DNA from: Phoronis australis
Taxonomy: Eukaryota; Animalia; Phoronida
Reading direction: 5' to 3'
Assembly (NCBI GenBank): GCA_002633005.1
Contig: NMRA01000052.1
Span: forward strand, 729,039-793,038
DNA length: 64,000 bases
Of this stretch, positions 15,101 to 30,100 are shown in pieces (positions within the stretch are counted from its first letter, which is position 1; every line of letters begins with the position of its first letter). The notes below the pieces were generated by a model. The model was not told where the DNA came from. It saw only the letters and a program-made list of their open reading frames with translations, and ran no database searches. The position numbers were made by a program, and so were the translations under genes.

Positions 15101-18100
15101 CAATACCTGACAGGACATCTGAAGCTGACCAAGATCTCTCCAACAATTCCTGACCTAGAGAGCCGAGGTCAGTTTGGGGTCATGTTGTTCTTAGAGATCA
15201 GAAAAGTGCATTGAATTTAGGGTAAAAGCTGTGAAGGAGCCTAGAAAATGGATAAATTTGGCCAATTTCAGAACATCATATTTCAGAAATGGCTGATCAG
15301 ATTCATATGAAACGTTCAGATACTTTGCTTTACATGCCATTCTCAAATACCGCTTTAGGAATTCTTTTTAAAACGTTTCACTTTTGCATGAGGACTACCA
15401 AAAATATGACTTGTGTTTTTCATGAAAAAATCAACAAAAGTTGTGTAAAATGAAAATGAAATGGTAATGCAGAAAATTGTAACACCATTTTTGAGACTTT
15501 ATCTTGAACACAAATGAAATTAGGCCATGTTGATACTATTACCTAGTTATCGATGAACCTTTTTTCCCTAACTTTTACCAATAAGACATGGTCAAGTGAC
15601 CCAATCAATGACTGAGTGAAAAAGTAAAAACAAATCACATTCTACAGACTTTCCACTTCCAGAAATAAATACTTTTACTGAATTAAAATCGACAATGTTA
15701 TACATATTTGGATGAATACAGAGACAGGTTGATAAGAGACCACATTATCATAATGTATGCCCATGCACCAGGCCACATGCACAGCTAGTATGGTCATGCA
15801 TAGTCTATTGAAGAAGGGCACAACACGGTGAGGACAGATGAACCCATGCATACACGGAATAGGTAAAGAATATAAAACGAGTATTCAAATGTAAGATTGC
15901 ACCAGTTCAAAAATTCAAATTCTGAGCCACGTTTGAAAAAGCTGCAAGCCATGTTTTGAGCCCCGAGTACGCGTCAATTAGCTTCTCAGAAAATGCGAAT
16001 TTTGAGCTCTAAACTCATAAATGAATGCAATACCGTAGTATCGCACAGTGGAACTTAATTTTTGTTTCGCGGTAAGAATGATGACACAATTGACAACTGA
16101 AAATGATCTGTAATTGCATCTGTTTCCGTGGATTGTCAGAAAGGAAGATAAGTACGTGAAAACACGCCACGTAATAAACTGACGAGATAAGTAGCAAAGG
16201 GGATTTCAGTAGAACTTGATCATGGTGCAAACCTGCTATTGCACAGTGGGAATCCATACGGTTTGTGAGGCTACACACTTGATTTTCCTATAGCAACACT
16301 TCATGTAGGTTTTCCGTGTAGGGGTATAGACCTCGTGGAACAAGATGGCGCTGATTTTGTACCACTTTTCTGGTATGTTTTGAACCCTCCAAGTAGTCTA
16401 TTTCAGCCACGCTTGTATTTTTCTCCAGAGAGAACCAGGCAACTCTGAATTCATATGCTCAAAACAAATGTCCCCAAATTGGAAGGTCACTTACAACGGA
16501 TCGGTATAAACATTCAGGTTACAACTGAATTCAAAAATTCTTATTAAATGAAAAATGATTTAAGGCTTACCGGTAAGTCAAAAATTTGGTCTTACACTCC
16601 ATTCAACCATTTAAGAAAAATAATTAGATCTCATTTTTGCAAATATACAAAGTGAGAATATCCCCATAACTTCCAGTTACTGAGATAATGTGTATGAAGT
16701 ATTTCTAAGATGTGGTATACTAATTACATGGCATAACATTTATTCAGTAATTGTGAACTGATAACCTAAGACTTCTGTCTAAGAAAGTCGTAAGCAACTT
16801 TTCAAAACAAAAACAGACCCCAGGTCAAAATATCGAATGGCTAGACAGACATACATTCTCACATAGCAAAACAATATGAGGCGGAGAAAAAATTGTTACA
16901 GTGTATAGAGATTTCATGTTTTTCCATGAGCATCAGTTCACGAATAGGTCATAATCCATTGACAATAAAAAGTAAACAAACAGAGCACAGAACAAATATT
17001 ACTAGTGAAACAGGAGAGCTAGTTGAACAAATACACGAATCAAACTCTGGTACGTAGTTGTAGGGGGGACTATTATCCCAGGAACATTGCGATAACAGTC
17101 AATGCTCTATTCTGACTTCATTCCATTTATTGGTAAGCCACCACAATAGTGTAATCTTACTGATATCTGGTCAAAGTTATCTCCACCATACCACATGGGT
17201 GCATTTTCAGTCCAGGGGTCAATTTGGAGATCTGCAGGTCACTAACACGACCTCAGATTTCGTATGACAACATAGCATAAATCCCAATTCACCGCTCACA
17301 CACATCCGAGCACGCATTCAAAATACTACAGGAAGTAAGCAGGCAGGGGTCGGAAGTGTTTGGCAAAACTGAGAAGGGACCATTCATGACTCGTGCACAG
17401 ACAACATGTCCTGATCATCAGCTTCTCCACTAGGTAGGATGTATGCCTGAATGGGATACTGGTCCGAGGGGGAAATTGGTCATCACCGTTCGACTAATAA
17501 AGTTGCACGGACGATCTCGATTGTTGTGGTGGACATCCACCCAAGTCCACCGCTTCATTAACTCAAATATCGATGAGTTATTTCCTCATTTTTGATTGCT
17601 GCCAAGTATGTCTCATTTACGGGAGCCAGGACTTTCGTATACAGAGTTTCCGTGTCTTGGGAACGTCTTTTTCCACTTGGCAACCTGGGAATTTTGCCAC
17701 GATGCACTTGGCAAGTTGGCACTATGCCAGGCATCAGAGTCCTGTGGTCACAAATGCCTGACATTATCTTGTAATCTTAGTCATATAAAACAATGCCAAG
17801 AGACCACTATAAGCATTTGAAAGCTGGGCTTCATTTCTTCTGCTTCCTTACTCATGATTTTTACATCTCGATTGAAGTACACTTTACCAAACTATTATTT
17901 CTTGAACTGACTTGCGAAACTTTACCGATGTCCAAGACATGTTGCTAGTCAGTTTTTGATGAGCTTACTCTTGGTCGAGCTGGTCTCGCCACCTGGTGGC
18001 TGCACTTCGTACAAACGTTGAAAACAACTTAANGTGCATTTTCAGTCCAGGGGTCAATTTGGAGATCTGCAGGTCACTAACACGACCTCAGATTTCGTAT

Positions 18101-21100
18101 GACAACATAGCATAAATCCCAATTCACCGCTCACACACACACATCCGAGCACGCATTCAAAATACAACAGGAAGTAAACAGGCAGGGGTCGGAAGTGTTT
18201 GGCAAAACTGAGAAGGGACCATTCACGACTCGTGCACAGACAACATGTCCTGATCATCAGCTTCTCCACTAGGTAGGATGTACGCCTGAATGGGATACTG
18301 GTCCGAGGGGGAAATTGGTCATCACCGTTCGACTAATAAAGTTGCACGGACGATCTCGATTGTTGTGGTGGACATCCACCCAAGTCCACCGCTTCATTAA
18401 CTCAAATATCGATGAGTTATTTCCTCATTTTTGACTGCTGCCAAGTATTTCTCATTTACGGGAGCCAGGACTTTCGTATACAGAGTTTCCGTGTCTTGGG
18501 AACGTCTTTTCCCACTTGGCAACCTGGGAATTTTGCCACGATGCACTTGACAAGTTGGCACTATGACAGGCATCAGAGTCCTGTGGTCACAAATGCCTGA
18601 CATTATCTTGTAATCTTAGTCATATAAAACAATGCCAAGAGACCACTATAAGCATTTGAAAGCTGGGCTTCATTTCTTCTGCTTCCTTACTCATGATTTT
18701 TACATCTCGATTGAAGTACACTTTACCAAACTATTATTTCTTGAACTGACTTGCGAAACTTTACCGATGTCCAAGACATGTTGCTAGTCAGTTTTTGATG
18801 AGCTTACTCTTGGTCGAGCTGGTCTCGCCACCTGGTGGCTGCACTTCGTACAAACGTTGAAAACAACTTAAGTATTCTTGTTCTTAATCATTGAATATCG
18901 CGTCTCCAATTCTTACTGACAGATTTGTTTTCAAGATCATGTGATTCTAGCTTTCTCGTGACAAATGTTTTGGTATTTTTTTGTAATATTAGCACACTCT
19001 CAAAAATCCCTTTCGCATTATATCCAAGTTCTCTTTCAATCCCTTGCATAACTACGACCGAGCTTAGAGGAGCAGGAGACACTTTTGTGCGATGCTCGAT
19101 TGTCTGCCAGAAAAGCCAGAATTTGAATGCGGGTCTCCCTGATGGGAGTCTGGAGCTCCAAACAGTGAGCCACACTGTCCTCTCAATGAGTTGGTAGTCC
19201 GAACAAGCCATGTACTGACCAATAGATCAAACTACATCAGCCAAAAAGCATTGAAGGGATTCTGTTGGAACTTCAAAATTTGGCAAAAACAAGTTCATTA
19301 TAACACCGTCAGCACACACGTCACGCATGAACTGTTTTGGAGCGTAGGGTAATTCTTCAAACAATATGGCTGACAAGCAAAACTCCATTTTGTCAAATTT
19401 CTCCATGAAATCAGAGATAGAAAATTACAGTGATGTGTAGACGGTGGTAGTTTCCATTATGGGTACCAAGATAAACAGCCTTTGGTAAATATAAAAATGA
19501 CACAATTTTGGCAATTATTCTTGAGCGAAATACGTAGAGAATTAACGTTAACGTCTTATAAGAAAAGATGGTAATCAGGTATGCAAAAACGTGCAACTGA
19601 AAGGCAATTTTTTGCTTGGGTTAGCTCCGTACACTATTTATGTACACCAGCAGACTAGCAGCCACTGAAATGCTTGGATGGCGAGGCTGGAATGTTGAAT
19701 TATGGAAGTAACCTGTAAGTAAGTGAAAGCTCCATATAATCCAAGATTTCTCGCCACAAGGGGGCCGTGAGTGTCTCCCCGTGAGTGTCTCCCCAACTTA
19801 TGACACCTACATCAAGGTCAGCAAAAGTATAACTGGAATTCACAACCTCACAAGAATGACAACCCTTGCAGAATAAATAAAAATCAATGAACTAAGGAAT
19901 GCTGTCCTCCATGTATGGTGTACAAATGACACACAACTGTGACCTGGGGGTCAAACACCATGTGGTATTCAAGTCAATACTAGAGTGTTAACAAGAACAT
20001 CTGGCAAGAGAACACAAATATTGGTTTGCCAGGTCCTTTTGCCAGGTTCTTTTGCCAGATGTTTTCAGAGGATAATTTATACAGTCCAGCAAAGATAACA
20101 GTGAACCTAAGGTCTGCTGGTAATATTAAACTGGATTTGTTTTCAACGTCTAAAAATATGAGTACATACTAAATGATGAAACTTGGTGTGAAAAATCTCT
20201 GCACACAAAATACAAATAAATAAACCATTTTATAAACAACTCCTCAGTGTTTTGATAGCACAAAGGCATTATTTGCTTGACCCAATTTCTTATTCTGTCC
20301 GAGTTGGCAGAGATGAAATTTTTTTCATTCATGAACATTTTGAGATGTTGATTTGTGTACGAAACGTTTGAATAACCCAACACACAACAGCATGATGGCA
20401 GCAAAGAATTCATAAAAATGCTCGATAACATCCCACTGTATTAAATTCACGAAGTTTTCTATTTACATCTCGCAACAACCTTGTACATTACAAAGGCGAA
20501 AAACCTTAGGTGTATTTGGATGCTCATTACCATTGACAACTCGAAAATGTGAAAGCAAAAAATTCTGCAAATGGGTGACTTTTGCACTAATGGCATACCT
20601 AGCAGGCTCACATGGACTGTATTATGCAGCGTTATTCCCCAGCACCACGTCACGATACTTACTGAACACGGTTGAGCAATTTGCAGCAGAACATTTTTGC
20701 CACAAAACGCATTGTTCAAAACATTTGGCAATTTTCAAACTACTTCACATTCATGTCGTCGCTATATGGTGTGTTTCTAACTAATATGGCCAAGCAATCA
20801 GAGATAACGAATAAGCCTGCAACTTCCGCTTTAAGGCAACAGATGTGAACAGAGAAGATTGGTTACAATACAACAGCTTTCGCATAGCGATTAGCTAACT
20901 TCTTCATTTACATATTAACTCTTCACCACACACAATATAGTAGACAAGTGAAATTTTGTTTAGTAAAATTTCTCAACAAATATAAACATCAAGAAAATTA
21001 TAGCCTGTTGTTAACGTTGTTTGTAGCAAGCAGATATTATTATAGCAACAGTTGGTGAAGTTTCTATGATTTGCAGTAAAGTAATCAGCGAGGAAGTGAA

Positions 21101-24100
21101 GATGGATTGGTCACATGGTACGAAAGCCGAATACAAATACCACCGAGCTTGCCCCTAACTGGAACCCCCGAGGGAGACAGAAACGAGGCAGACCAGTGCA
21201 AAATTGGAGAACTGTGACATCTGAACAACTCTCTATTGGCATGACATGGAACGCGATCCGAACAAAGGCTACCAACCAGATCAGATGGCAAGCAGTCATG
21301 AAGGCACCTCAAAGTGTCCAGAAGCATGGGTATTTGTGTGTGAAGTGGCCAACATCAGCGCACTCGTACCAGTTGCACTCTCTTATGTGTACATTTACTG
21401 ATCTTGTACCCTTGTGCGCTTAAACAGAAATGCCTAGCAGCATAGACCTCGATTTAATCTTTTATTTCCAAACTAATCACAGCTTATTTGCAAAAACAAG
21501 TCACAAATTTCTATTTACAAACCGAATCTAACAATGTTCTCCACACGTAACCTAATCATGCAACATAGGTGGAAAGTGAGGGTGTTGTAAAACCGGCAAA
21601 CACTTTGCAACGACGTGTTTAAAACAGGTTGCGGTGAACACTGGTGAGTATTAGGGAAAACTCTGGTGAGTGCCGTTTAGAGAGAACTCTGTTGAGTATT
21701 AGGCACTGCAAAATAAATGTTCCCTATAACTTGGTGTCAAGTTAAAAATTTAAGTGACAGGTCTTTAGCTCATTTACAGCCACCTCATCAAAACTCATCA
21801 AAAGCCTTTTTGAGATTATCGCTTGACAGAATGACAGATGCACCTTGTGTGACCCAATCAAAAGATAAAGCCAAGTCTTATTTAGAAGAAGTGGTAGGAA
21901 ATTGTTGTTAATGGCCATCTGAAAGATAAATTAATTGTTTAAACACCAGATGAACTGAAGTAGTATATTGCTCAATAGCAGAACGCTTTAATCAATGCAT
22001 TTGACTTGATGATCAGGACACGCTAACAGATTAATATTCAAACACACTGCACTGACGTGGGGTGAATAGTGCACAGAGAGGTCAACCGGACTACAGTACA
22101 TGTATCAGTTGACTGGGTTAGCAGGCAGACTAAAATTAAAAACGCAGGATCAATAATTATGAACTCGGTCATAATTCCCCCAAGTCTTGGGCAGCAAAAA
22201 CAAGCAGGCATCTACGAGGATATTGACATTGACAGCGATAGAAATGGGAGACCGCCAAATGCACTACATGGCCTTGTCAAATGTACTCAACAGTCTTTGT
22301 TGACACGATGCCAATGTGCTGGTAAGTAGAGGGAATCAGCTAGCAAGGATTAGGTCAATGCCTGTCTCCCATCCTATTGGCATTGTGTCTGTGTGATACG
22401 TGCCATAACTCATGACAGCTGATCACCATGAGTAGCTGAGGTCATAAGAGGCCAGTTGATTGAGGCCATAAAGGAACAGGGCTGAATAGTAATGGTCTTG
22501 TGAAGTAGCAGTCTGGTAATCGGGGTGGTACACAAAGGAAAGTGCCAAACGCGCAATTTAAGAAGAGCTTTTTTCAGACCTGACAAAGACGTAATTAACT
22601 CACCTACAAAACTATTAATTAATTTGAAAAGCAGTCTGCCATTATTTGCACTTTTTAAATTATAGATTTAACAAGCTAACAGGATTATTAGATAAAGCAA
22701 TCTTTTAGATGGGCTAATACATTTGCTGAATACACAAATAATCTTAAGTGTCCCTCTAGAAAGAATGTGACAGACACCTCAGAACATTGGCAAGGATGAG
22801 AAACTTAATTCTCGAGTGTAATGCCAATCTCATTTTTATCAACAACTGCCTTCCCTAACACATCAGTGCTTTCCCTGACTTTTCTGGATCATCTGGCAAG
22901 ATAGTCCGGTAACGATGGATTAGGGAAAAACTGTTTGGTATCTATAGCTATTCAAATGGAAGAAATAGAAAATTCCTGTCGAAACTTCAACTCATGTTGT
23001 CAGTCAAGAAACTTTCATGCACATCACCAAACATTTGCAGCCATATTGCAGCGGTGAAAAGCTATTCTGCCAAAATTTTCCACAAACGTCCATTACAAGC
23101 ATGGTTTCAGCCAATGAAAACTGGAAAAATTACCAGTTTCACCAGTTATGTTGGTGTGGAGTCAATTGAGAATTACCCTAAGCCCTGTCACCTAGGTAAA
23201 CAGACACAAAATCAAGTGCAGCATTACACCAGAACAAACACAAAGGCAATGTGACAGAATGCCTCTCAGCATTTGACGTGAATACTGAACAAGCATATGT
23301 CACTTGTGTCTAAGATTTCCCCGATTGGTATCAAGTGTTAATGAAAGACACGAAGTTCCTGCTGATCCAAGAACATCATTGTTCATGTTTTGTACACGGT
23401 ATTGAGCAACGTTATAAATCTGTGCCTGCTTGAAGCATTTATAGTCACACTAAGGCGTTTAGTGTTATAAAAAAGTAATTGCAGGTGGTCTGGTACACGT
23501 TGTAATAGACGTGCTCAAGTCACTCATGTGGGCCCATAGCACTGATCACTGTGAACCATTTTTATGCTTTATTAATATATGGTTAAAACCGACCTGACCA
23601 GCTAGAGACTTGACTCAAGGGTCTAGCGTGTGCCGTAGTAGGACTCGAACTCATGACCTTGAGTAAAGGAAGCAGAAACTTATCCCACAAGGCCACACTG
23701 CCTCCTCAGTATCTAGTGTTTCTTAGGACATGTTATCATAGAATCAAACTAGTGTGTGTGTGTGTGTGTGTGCGTGCGTGCGTGTAAACAGGACTGAACT
23801 GGAGCAAATAGACACCGCGGTGACAACTTTTGTCACCAATTTGTGAGGTAGAGCAATTTGCGCTAGAACATCTTGCTCCGTGTCAATTATGTGTCTAAAT
23901 GCGAACGGGCAAGCCAGAAAGGATCGTCTCTACTGCGCTTGTGTAAAGACCTAAATACAGGTTCTCTGTCTCTTCAACTCCCGTCATTTGTAAACCTGCG
24001 CATGTGTGATAAACTCTCCAGCCTACAATTTCCGTCTTGCCACAGTTAGCGAGTTGTGTGTGTAAACGGACGCTTGACACCGATCAATTTGCTCCATGTC

Positions 24101-27100
24101 AGTTGAGCTGGGCCAAAAGTTGATGTCTAAACGGGACTTAGTGTTGCCACCATGTTTGGCATAGCTTCAAGACAGTGATTTACAAACAACAATAGAAGTT
24201 TTGATAAAACAGCTAACATACTGAATTTAGGATCTAGACAAACATGGATACATTAAACCAGCATTTTGCTTTGGATTCTACTTCCGTTTCTAACAAGAAC
24301 ATCAAAACCAGCAGCGACACAAGAAAATGAGACAGAGTGTAGTGGGCTAGGACAACCAAAATTGTGAATTCAAAACTGGTGCATGTACGCATTTGTTCTG
24401 ACTTGAGTTGATAACGGAAACGGAATCCTATCACAGTTGATAAACTAATTTTATAAGAGTAAGGCCCGATGGGATTTTCCTTTTTTTGGAACCTAAACAT
24501 CATGAAATGCAACTTTAAACGAAACCTCTTTAAAGCCTTGGTTTGTCTTACGTATCCGCTAAAATAAGACATAAATGCATATTTGATGTTACTTTCTTGG
24601 CCCCAAGGCTTCTTAAACCTCAAGATGAAGTTGGATAGAGTAACACACAGGGGTATTTAGGATATCACGAGGGAGGCCCGCCTAGAATGTCCAAAGGACA
24701 GCCATACAACACAGTATGCAGCCAGTTTTTTTTTTTTAATAATGGCTGGAGAGGGGTGCCTGCAGGGCACTTATGTGCCCCCTACATCAGCCTGCTCGTA
24801 TGTTAAAACAAAAGTGATCCTAACCATCAACTGACTGGTCACCAGGAATAAATCGATCTCAAATGTGGTTGATGGAAAAAAGGCATACAGCAGGTAAGGG
24901 CATTGAGAACCCATTTAAAACTGTAAATACTCTGGCCTCAAAGACTCGTATGCATCACAAATGCCCCCCAGAACCACAGTCTTATCAAAAACAAGGGGCA
25001 AATGTTTACAGTACCAATGCCTGTCATATCAACTGTCCAGTGCTGGTAAATTCATGGGTCAGAATTTCAGAACCAGTTTGATTTCCATATTATTCAGGGG
25101 AGAAAACTGGTTCTTAATATGTGGGACCCCTGTAAGTGACTGTTACCAAAGAAATACACATGGAGGCTATTCAAGTAAACAAGAAAGAAAGCACGAAAAA
25201 CACAGGTAGAAAAAAAACTAGGCAGAGTAACACTGGAGAAAAGAAGTGGCATGTCCTTGTAGGAGACTACCCCAGTCACATGGTTGCCATTCAAAAGCAA
25301 ACAAGCCCCTGTGGCACCATGCAAGGGTGTACACAATAAGCACAAAGGGTAAATTTGACTAAAATGGATACCATACTCACCGCAAAGGTGAATGAGAGGA
25401 AAGTTGCGATGAAAAGCAGGCAGAGGCAAAAATTCCTCCCAGAAATTAAACCTCTCTTGTTATCACAACACCAACAATTCTTAACAGGCTTGCTATTGAA
25501 ACATAGCTGAACACACTTCTGTGTACACAAAGGTGCACTTCGGGTAAATAGGTCACACAATTTGGGTCAAAGGAATCCTTTGTTCGGACAAATATTACTC
25601 AAATGATCAATCGTATGAACCCAAAATGCCACAACAGATAAAACACTGAAACAGGCTCATCAATTTCAAGAAAACATACTCACAGCTACCAAGAAGGAAT
25701 GGCACCTAGCACTATGAACATGGACAGTGCCTAGACATTCCTATCATAGCACACATTAGATGAATGGAGTTCCATTGTGAGCCAGGATTAGATTGGACAG
25801 GTCTATTGCGTGGGGGTGTGAAGGTTGACTGTGGGCAGATAGGGGGAGTTGATTTCCGTAGCAACTGACACGATACATAACCGCAAAAAGCTGATGCCTT
25901 AACTGCTTGGAAGCAGGTGTAAAAGAAGGATTCAAAAATAACGTCCGTGTACTCAGGTGTTAGGAAGAAAAGGTGACAACTGAGGACATTTGATGAATAG
26001 CAAAACTACATAAATATCTCCACAGATATTATTTCATCGTGTCCAGAGAAATTGAGTGTCGGGATGACAGAAAACATGAAAAAAGGTAATTTTAGACCCA
26101 AAAAAGCGTGGTTGCTTCTGATCTGTTTTTTAAATCGCTTGTGAGGTGAAGTATTTTTAAGTAGCTCACTTTTTTAAATCATATGAAACATACATGACTG
26201 GGAGGCCAGCAAAGGCACAGGCAGCTAACAGCTGACCACTGAGTAACAATAAATTAAATAGATATTAAAAATTAAGAAGAACAGTATAAATAACAACAGA
26301 AAAGTTACATCTACAATGAATAAGATACAACGCGAGTTTATTTAAAAACGTAAATTAAATATATTTTACAAGGAATTAAACACGGAGACTATTGACGATG
26401 ACAGACTGATTTGCCACCGAAACGTTGGACATTGTATAATTATATGTAAATACAATATGTTATTAACCGAAGCATTAGTCTTGCATTCAGCCAGTTAGTA
26501 TTAGAGCCCGATGTACAACTCTGACATTCACTTCTTTATTGGTCAATCACAGATGAGGTCAACCAGTGCATATTAATCAGCTGAATATAAAATGCTTGCT
26601 TTTACAACATAGCTGGCTTAACTCGAGTTCTAGTGCAGATCAATAAGTGCAAGTCGTTAACAGTAAAACTGAGACTCTATTCAAAGTAAGCCAAAAAGGA
26701 ACAGTGTGCAACTGAAATCATTGAACAGCAATTGAATAAGTGTTTGTTGAATAAATGTTTGTCACACAAAATTATAGAAAATGAGAGACAAGTGGAAATG
26801 TTGAAATGTGTATATAAATCAGATTGTAGCTTAGTATGGCCTCATTTTCGAGTTGTTCACTAGACTCTAACGCTAATAGAGGCTAAAATTTTGGATAGTC
26901 TAATCATCTTGGTTGTGTACAACGCTGTACGTACATATACAGTTGAACTCTTGAGTTCCTCATCACCAGAATCATTCTCTGATGAAAAATCATCACATTC
27001 ATCATCAAAAAGCACATTTATCAACGTTTCAACATCCATATGATTTCTCCTTGTTGACATGTTCACTTAAAATTACCAATCTTGGTGAGAAGATTGACAT

Positions 27101-30100
27101 TTCAATCTCATGCCACCATTGTGAGTGCAGAGATATTGATGTACCTTCTCAGAAGTGACATCTATTAATATTTCGCATTACTACAGTTCTATCTATTCTA
27201 ACTTCAGAATTCTTACAGACAAACCTGGTGGCACTGCCACCTTGTGGCTGGATAGGCGAGACACTGCTACTGTATGAAAATTTTCTCAATCATTTTAATC
27301 AAAATTTGCTGAGATCAAATTGGCCATCAAGAATAAAAAGAGCAAACCAATTCTGAAATTTAAGATCTGCGATTTATTTTGACCTAATTAGCGCTGTGAG
27401 AGACTTGAAACCTCCAAATACAATGCAGCAATTATAAGGTTATTAAAGTTTAACAACAACTTTGTTAATAGTAACTTACAAATGTCCCACATTATAAGAA
27501 TCAGTTTTCTCTACCGAATAACAAACATCAAACAGGTTCTTAGATTCAGGACCCCCCCTCCGTATGTGACAAATTCCACAACTTCAAACAGTAGAAAAAT
27601 TTACAATGTCAAATCCTAGCCTGAAAAACAGTTAGTTGATGAACTCCATTTGGTTGATTTTTAATCTTGTAAAATCCAGGGTACCAAAATATTGTATGAA
27701 ATAGCTAAAATTTCAGACAAAAAAAATGTTTTAAACTATGGTGCTGTAAGTAGCTTCAAAAATACATTCTCCCAGTTCCAGTCAAGTACATATGCACACA
27801 TGCACAGAAGACGTCAGGTCAGAGCTTAGCCAACACTTGGACATCTTTTTGACATTCTAGACATCAATCATTAAATAAGACATTAAAATTACAAAAAACA
27901 TACAAAATCAATATTTCATTATCCTGCTTTGGTAACAAAAAATCAAAAGGGAGGAAAAAGAAAAGAAAGTGGATTGCATAACATGCAACCCAACACTGGT
28001 ATTCCATAAATCAAGGCACACTGTTCTCTCCATATTGGATGAAATCCAGCCTCTGGTTTTTTTTACAAGCTCTTGTAGACTCGGCATTAGTAGTCAGCAT
28101 TATGATTTGAGAAATGAAGAGTCTTACTCACCATTGATAGGCACGGAAGTGAAAATAGACTAATCCAAGACCATAGAGAAAACTTATGTCCTGAAAATGA
28201 AAAATATGTAAATTTCATCATTAAACCACATCTGTTCAGATTACGTAATGCGCAGGGTGTCAAATTGAAAATTCAAAAATCAGGGTTGGGCATTCAGTAC
28301 AAAAGAACATTGGCAGACACTGAACAACATATTGAAAGACAGATGTCCTTGATTAAGCGAAAGTTAAGAATGGTGATGAGGTAGGAAACAACAAGTTTTG
28401 AAGTGATCTTATTCTATGAAAATTGTAAAAATGCTGCTAGACAAATTACCCAAGCTCCTCCTGTGTTCCGACCTAAATCAAACCAGCTACAAAGATTATG
28501 TGAATCAAAACGAGTAACCAAAGAACATGAATCAGTTTCAAATTTTTTATCAGTAATCGTATTAAATTTTGCAAATAACTTTACAAAAGCGCTTATTTAT
28601 TCAAATCTTGTGACAAACGTGTACTGTGTTCGTGATAAGTGAGATTTGCACGTTACATAATTGTTTCCTTTCCAAATTACAAGTCACCAGGTGGAACAGT
28701 AGATTTTACAAATCCATCAAATGATTAGAAGGCTGCATTTACTGATTGCGGAAAACAAATGTAAATTAAAACCAGCGAGCAGTACACGGCAAGGGGACAA
28801 GCACATTTAACTATAAACACAAAATAAATCATAAAATTTGGCGTACTTCGAAACATCATATCACGGAAATGACTGATCGGACTCGAATGAAACTTTCAAA
28901 AAACATGGATTTACGCATTGTCGCACGACTAAAAGAAAATTGTTTTTAAAATATTTTGCACTTCCACAAGGTGCTATCAAACATATATGACTTTCTGCAT
29001 AAAACAAAAGAGAGAAAATATTAGAAAACTGTGAGAGCCTTTTCAAGAATTTACCTCCTTGAAGTTTCATACATCAAAAGAAAGTTGGTCGTGTTATTTT
29101 ACCGAATATTTGCTATGAACATACCAACCACTTCCGCTAAATTTTACTAAAAGTCTGTTCAAAGCAACAGCAGAATGGCACAAGTCCAGAACTATATACT
29201 ACAAGCTTTCTGTTTGCAGAAAATGTCTACTTTAATTAGGTCAATTTCCATGTTTTAGATATTTCACTGAATGCTTATTAACCATAAATACTCCGAGAAT
29301 AACTAAAAACCTATTTGCTTCTTATTGCGTCGTGCACTCTCGAACAGATGAGACACTAGTTTTTTAAGCACTGATCAAATTTTCAATCCAACACCTGCAA
29401 GTATAATAGCCCAAGTTCCTGGCATGCCATTTTAGTGAGTGTTAATTACATTAGTACATCAGTTTTAGGCAGGCTATGTCACACCCATGAACACCGAAAA
29501 TGTCATTTAAGGGAATCGTCTCCGGTCAGGGGGGTATTCTGAAAAATACCTACCTTCCAACAATCCTCCTGATATTTGAAAAACTTCTGGTAGGCAGACA
29601 AGGCTGCAACAACAAAAGAAAATAAACATTTAAGGATCATTTGGGGCTGTACAGTTATGAAACAAGACAAAACAAGCTCAAAGGCTGAAGGATGCAAGTT
29701 TGGAGAATAAGATGGCTAAAATTCACATTTCTTGTACGTTTCGTATCAAAACGAATCATTTCTGACCCGGGTGCAAAAAATCCCCAATGCTGCATGTCCT
29801 TGCGTTCTCTAAGAAAACTTGTACAAAACTTTAATCGGCATCCCCCCGTAAACATCAATTTTTTGTACCCATATCAAAGGCCACAATTTGTTTAGATGTA
29901 CGACATGAAAAATCGGTTCAGTTTGAATTTCATCTGTCTCATTCACCAAACTCATATAATGAAAGAAGTTTGGCAGCGAATCCAGTCCAAATCACTTGCT
30001 GTGACTGCAGAACTACGGCATGGTGTCTTAGTTTCAGCAAAAATCGTGAAGAAAAATACACCGGAGAAAAGTTAACAAAATCTTTTAGACGTGAACTTTA

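Noticed and set aside
17199-18871. 0.83-kb tandem duplication with duplicated short ORFs
   Set aside because: The junction coincides exactly with a scaffold N and the differences look allelic; most likely overlapping contig ends.
21638-21705. Short tandem repeats here and at 19765-19793, 20025-20063 and 57561-57592 (CRISPR-like?)
   Set aside because: Two to three adjacent units with no unique spacers, in a eukaryotic context; ordinary slippage repeats.
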